This document shows positions 60,501 through 64,000 of a stretch of DNA of 64,000 nt, one piece after another. The notes under the pieces were generated by a model, which did not search any database, had not been told where the DNA came from, and saw only the letters and a program-made list of their open reading frames with translations. The stretch's first letter is position 1. Each line of letters starts with the position of its first letter. The translations under genes and the position numbers were made by a program. The DNA comes from Azolla caroliniana (taxonomy: Eukaryota; Plantae; Polypodiophyta), in assembly GCA_043228905.1 (NCBI GenBank), contig JBHGNT010000007.1, positions 20,956,001 to 21,020,000 on the forward strand, read 5' to 3'.

Positions 60501-61454
60501 AACTCTTGCCGGAGTTGAAGCTTGCGCGCGGATGTGTCTGCGGCGAAAATCTTCTTGAGATTTTCCCACGCCCCTTTGGCCGTCTTGGCGTCACGAATGT
60601 GGCTAAGCATGTGGTCGTTTACACATGTTGCCAAGCAATACATTACTCGACTCGCGCCTTGCTCCCACGTTGGGTAGTTGGCGTGTGTGGTTTCGGGTTT
60701 GTTTTCTTGTGCGCCGTTGATATAGCTCCAATACCCTTGGCCGACAAGGTATTGATTCATCTTGTACTCCCAAGATGAATAGTTGCTTCGGTCTAGCTTT
60801 TCGCTAGGGAGCAAGCTTCCCATTTGTTTGTTCATGTTGATTGTTGTGTCTTCCGTTTTGTTTTTCTTCTCTTGGTCGCGTACACGTCCTTCGTAGCGGC
60901 ACTACAGTAGCGGATGGCGAATAGTCGGGATTTGTCGTCGGCGTCTCGAACACACAATCACGAATAAGCGGTGGGCTTAGTGGATTTCCTAAACCACGCG
61001 CTCTGATACCATGTTAAGTAATTAGGTAATTAACTAGGGTTAATTAGAGACTAATTATATGGTTACGTTAAGCAACGGAAGATTAGTATGATATGCGCGT
61101 GAGAGTGTGTGAGAGGAAGAGAGAGAGTGAGAGAGGAAGTTACACTTGAACATAAAGATAAATGGGGGATGATTGACTATATTGAAAAGTGTCATCAACA
61201 TACAAAAATACCCACAATGAGTTATATATACAACCCATGTGCAAAGGTGCACATGTGTGGGTAGAACATAGGTACTTATGTGTAAGTCCTACATTAAATG
61301 TACTAAGGAGTGGAGGATCTAGAATATCCCACTTAAGTACAAGGTCCTATTTAAAGGCTTAAGGTCAACACATTAACTAGATTTGATCTAGGTAACTACT
61401 AAGTTACATGTGTTGACTAACTAGATTAAACTAGTTGAGCTTGATATCTCAACA
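57440..61454 (-). mobile_element. Copia element lacking RT-RNase H
   Basis: LTRs 57440-57892 and 61012-61454; TSD GTTTC on both sides; tRNA-Met PBS next to 61011; PPT next to 57893. Confidence 0.97.
57887..60835 (-). CDS. Copia Gag-protease-integrase polyprotein (no RT)
   Basis: 982-aa open frame: CNYCGKIGHREEEC, VDSGASHHM, IHSDVWG, PQQNGVAERRN. Similarity stops at VAEQEPE, where RT should begin. Confidence 0.9.
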   Translation of the reverse strand: MNKQMGSLLPSEKLDRSNYSSWEYKMNQYLVGQGYWSYINGAQENKPETTHANYPTWEQGASRVMYCLATCVNDHMLSHIRDAKTAKGAWENLKKIFAADTSARKLQLRQELNNIRQKEMSVTDYTAKVKTICDSLGSINVNIDEDEMVQVCLGGLAQRFNLLRTAILARDTPPSFFNLQSMLLVEENHIQPKTNTSGGQMLFSDTDGAHRRGRRGRGQFDLSHEGNSQFRQGNGSHRGTFTRRGSFHAEQGRRTTPPTCNYCGKIGHREEECRKRRSESASTSRQLTNYAANAEYADYGGLFVMRHRANSMMASDPANSASTSNSEHTWFVDSGASHHMTSHQEWFRDLRTPDRPVYIETGDDTLHPIRHIGDVPFGKEGEQTCIKNVLHVPTITKNLVSVGQIVEQGMQVRFNNEGCFIEKDGRLIAKGRRDGRLFILDSNEVKSAMYAKGLKTKTNIELWHKRISHVNLQRLRRMQSKGVVIGLPAFKSKRVDRVCEACQLGKQHRLPFPKESSTSKGLLDVIHSDVWGLAQTPTLGGCRYYVTFIDDHSCYVWIYPMKKKSEVLSHFQRLKSQVEKETGRHIQCLRLDGGKEYFSDEFTSYLQGEGIRREFSCRHTPQQNGVAERRNRQILEVARAMMREKHMPNFYWAEAASTAVYLMNRCTTNSVHELTPYEIFVGRKSILSHLKVFGSIANVRIPNESREKPDAKSEECILIGYLSAKKAYKCFNPSTRAVRISRDIVFEESASWYKPDATPSELIEEELNANSDDETRPSPPPKDNPSSTELIGPQEPPHDENTSRPSPTSDKGKGKMPEYEVEVHLDDRDSDDSARSLDSEFGVPIMRTPGVKKALKSTNEKLRRSSRAKTQVTRYTYNEYMAHHYALAMKVVAEQEPEDPSLHHRLEGENKPRRAAQRGCEDAENRATKPRRREESRATPHNKAAESHAMPRRKPQAALMPTKPKEAKPDVGRLTLELEGAC

Positions 61455-62266
61455 GTTTCCTAATTGTGTGTACATTACTTTGTGCCTTATACATTGTGTT
61501 TTCAATCTATGTGGCACTTGATGAAGCATTTCTAGGAATTTGCATATGATGTTTAATGTCGATTCATAATTTTGCGAGTCATCAATTGTAAAGATGGTCA
61601 TTGATCCCTTCTAAGATTGCAACCTATGTGTGCATGTATATTTTATATGTAAGGGTATTTAAAATAGGTGGTTATCAAAAAATATATTGGTAATAAGGGG
61701 TATTTTTATTAATCTTTTTTCTACACAAGGGTTACTAAAATAGTAAAAACCATACGTATAAGGGGTTTATAAATGATGTCATGAACGCACGTGATACAAC
61801 CTTCTTATGTATAGTGGAGTCCCGGGGGGAGGGGGGTGAAGCCCTTCTAGGTTTCACCCCCCACCCCAACAACACTTTTGGCACGCTCGAACGACCAAAC
61901 TCCCTTGAGAAGAAGTCACTCCCTCACTCCCTCACTCCCTCACTCCCCGTCCCCATCACTAATTTCTCTCCTCAATCTCTCTACCTAAAACCCTAGACAC
62001 CCCAACCTTCATCTCTATGTCCATCCATCTCTCTCATTCTGTGAATTTGCGTTGTGTTTGTGTTGGGCATGTGTCTGTTTCTGTCCACTTCCAAAAGATG
62101 AAGGGCGAAGAAGAGGAGGAAAGTGAAACGGTTCTCCACAGAGAAGGGAAGGAAACGCTTCAGCATATGTGAGGTCTGTTGCTCGACTATTCACAGACTC
62201 CGTTGTAGAGAACAGAGATTCACGACTCTCTGCAACAGAACAGAGCAGAGAAGAACGAACGAAGCC

Positions 62267-62668
62267 ATGGCTAAGCCTACGTTCCAAGGTACTCGAAATA
62301 AAGAGGTCGTTCAAGGAGTAGGTCGCCATTCACGCTCCATTTATCATAAGCGTGGTTTGTGGGCCATCAAAGCGAAGAACGGTGGATCCTTCCCTTCCCA
62401 CCAGAAGCAAGCTTCTGAAACTCTCGTATCCGAGAGACCTCCCAAGTTCTACCCTGCCAATGATGTTCCTAAACCCCTTCGAAATAAACGTGTCCTCAAA
62501 CCTACTAAGCTCAGGTCAAGCATCACCCCAAGCACTGTCTTGAATATGCTTGCTGGATATTTTAAGGGGAAGAGGGTTGTTTTCCTTATGCAACTGGAAT
62601 CTGGTTTGCTTTTGGTTACAAGTCCATTCAAGCTAAATGGTGTACCTCTATGTCGAGTAAGTCAATCA
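62267..62668 (+). pseudogene. RPL6: 60S ribosomal protein L6 (eL6) pseudogene, interrupted by an LTR
   Basis: [63 protein letters not shown]. No introns in this part; conserved residues are substituted. Confidence 0.92.
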
Positions 62669-63471
62669 TGTTAGGAAATAGGTCCCTCCGGACGGGAAGT
62701 GAGAAGAACCGTGTTGATGAGAAGAAACCGGAAATCGTGGAGATAGCCAACACGGTGTCGCGAGGTTTCGCGTTCGCGTGTAGAAAGAGGTGGGACCATG
62801 GGGGCCTTGAACTGAGGAGTGAGAGAGAGAGAGACAGAGAGAGAGAAGTCTTGCAGACACGCAACAGAAAGAAGGAAAGAGAAACAAATGACACACTTAA
62901 TTGCAGTAACAGTAGATTACAATATTCAGAGATTGCAAACTCTGACGGTTACAACCGGCCACCCGGTAATGGACCGGACACGGGGGTCCTACTCATGCGC
63001 ACCGATGACAGCCACACGACTCGAAGAAACGAAGGGGAAAAGGGAAGAGAGAGACCCTACTGGAAGCACACGGGCTGTCCACGAAGCAGAGGCAGCAAAC
63101 TCCGACACCCACAGAGAACGATGATTGGAAGAGAGAGAGGTCGGCACTCCGTTCTGCAGCAACACTTCGTCCTTGCCAACGCGCGATCCCTCTATCTTCC
63201 TTCTCTCCCTCCTTAAATAGTTCGCAAAAACGGGGGGGGGGGGGGGCTTTCTCCCTAGTCAAATCACTTTATTCCCTGTCCCTTTTGATAGAGATAAGCG
63301 CAATCTTCCTTCTCTCCCTCCTTAAGTGTACTACTTAGTATTTACATCAGCCGATCCATTTATGAATCATGTACAAGATATCAAAATATCAATTCACGCA
63401 TCCATCCGTGTAAGAGCCGGCCCATGCGCCCTTTTCTCCGATTCCGCCTATGGCCGGTTTTCTTCACGACA
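62669..63471 (-). mobile_element. 3' LTR of a Gypsy element
   Basis: TG...CA ends; followed by TCCTCCCCCACC (PPT on minus); starts exactly where RPL6 similarity stops. Confidence 0.8.
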
Positions 63472-64000
63472 TCCTCCCCCACCAAACCACGCATCCACTG
63501 GCATGCGCCAGAGACGGGTAGTTACCGAAGAAAACGGGCTTCACTCGTCGCTCTCCGATTCTCTGCCGGGCCCGAACTGATCGTCGTTGCCGCTCCCGCT
63601 CGCAGGCTCCGACTCGTCTTCGAACCGCTTCTTGGATGCTTTACTCCGCTTCCCTGCCACCGGCACCGCTAACCGTGTCCCGTCGAGTTCCGGGAGGTGG
63701 TATGTGCCGTTGTCATTCGCGCTCGTCACCGTGTAACCGTGTAGGGCCTGAACCACCTCCTAGCAAACTTTCTCACTGCCTTGTGCTGATTGTCGAGGCT
63801 GCTGTCGTATACTAAGACCCAGTCAGCTTCCTCGATCTTCTTTGGTCCCAACCGGTGCGTCCGGTTGAACCGGGTCTTGTTCCACTCCCTTGCCGCTCAC
63901 AGCTTCTCCTTCTCCCGTCTCACGTCCTCCGGCCTCCGCTCGAGTTGCCGAATCTGCGCCGCTAGCAACTCCTCCGGGCTCAACTCGTCCTTCCAATCTA
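63472..64000 (-). mobile_element. Gypsy integrase C-terminal region, continues beyond the window
   Basis: DWVLVYDSSLD...KFARRWF.PYTV...NGTYHL.ELDG (GPY/F-type module). Confidence 0.8.

Larger units (their letters stand above)
41670..61827 (+). mobile_element. P-element-like DNA transposon (~20.2 kb including nested LINE and Copia)
   Basis: Imperfect TIRs CCCGTGGACTTCACT / AGTGGAGTCCCGGGG; inner inverted block CACGTGAGTTCAT / ATGAACGCACGTG; 8-bp TSD GGAGGGGG (41662-41669, 61828-61835); TAAGGGTATT motifs near both ends. Confidence 0.8.

Overview
Transposon-dense eukaryotic nuclear DNA. The spliceosomal introns, plant-type Copia/Gypsy/L1 elements and plant RPL6/ECM29 remnants point to a land plant; a non-seed plant such as a fern is my inference only. 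The window is two stacks of nested insertions. (1) A decayed L1-like LINE (~8.3-26.7 kb) was hit by a hAT MITE (11555-12432) and by an LTR-bounded unit (12509-25398). That unit contains a divergent gene pair: a Sola-like DDD transposase on the minus strand and an intron-containing ParB/Srx-like + beta-class N6A/N4C DNA methyltransferase on the plus strand. A 16-copy array of 31-bp palindromes lies between their recognisable coding regions. (2) A Gypsy element was hit by a Copia (33911-39309) and is followed by a ~20-kb P-element-like transposon (41670-61827, 8-bp TSD) that carries an intact LINE and an RT-less Copia. The only intact non-TE ORF (2988-4337) looks like a P2B Ca2+-ATPase reduced to its membrane helices, with a poly-Glu tract where the catalytic domains were. 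Also present are a tRNA-derived SINE and ECM29 and RPL6 pseudogene fragments. All family calls come from motif recognition by eye; no database search was run.
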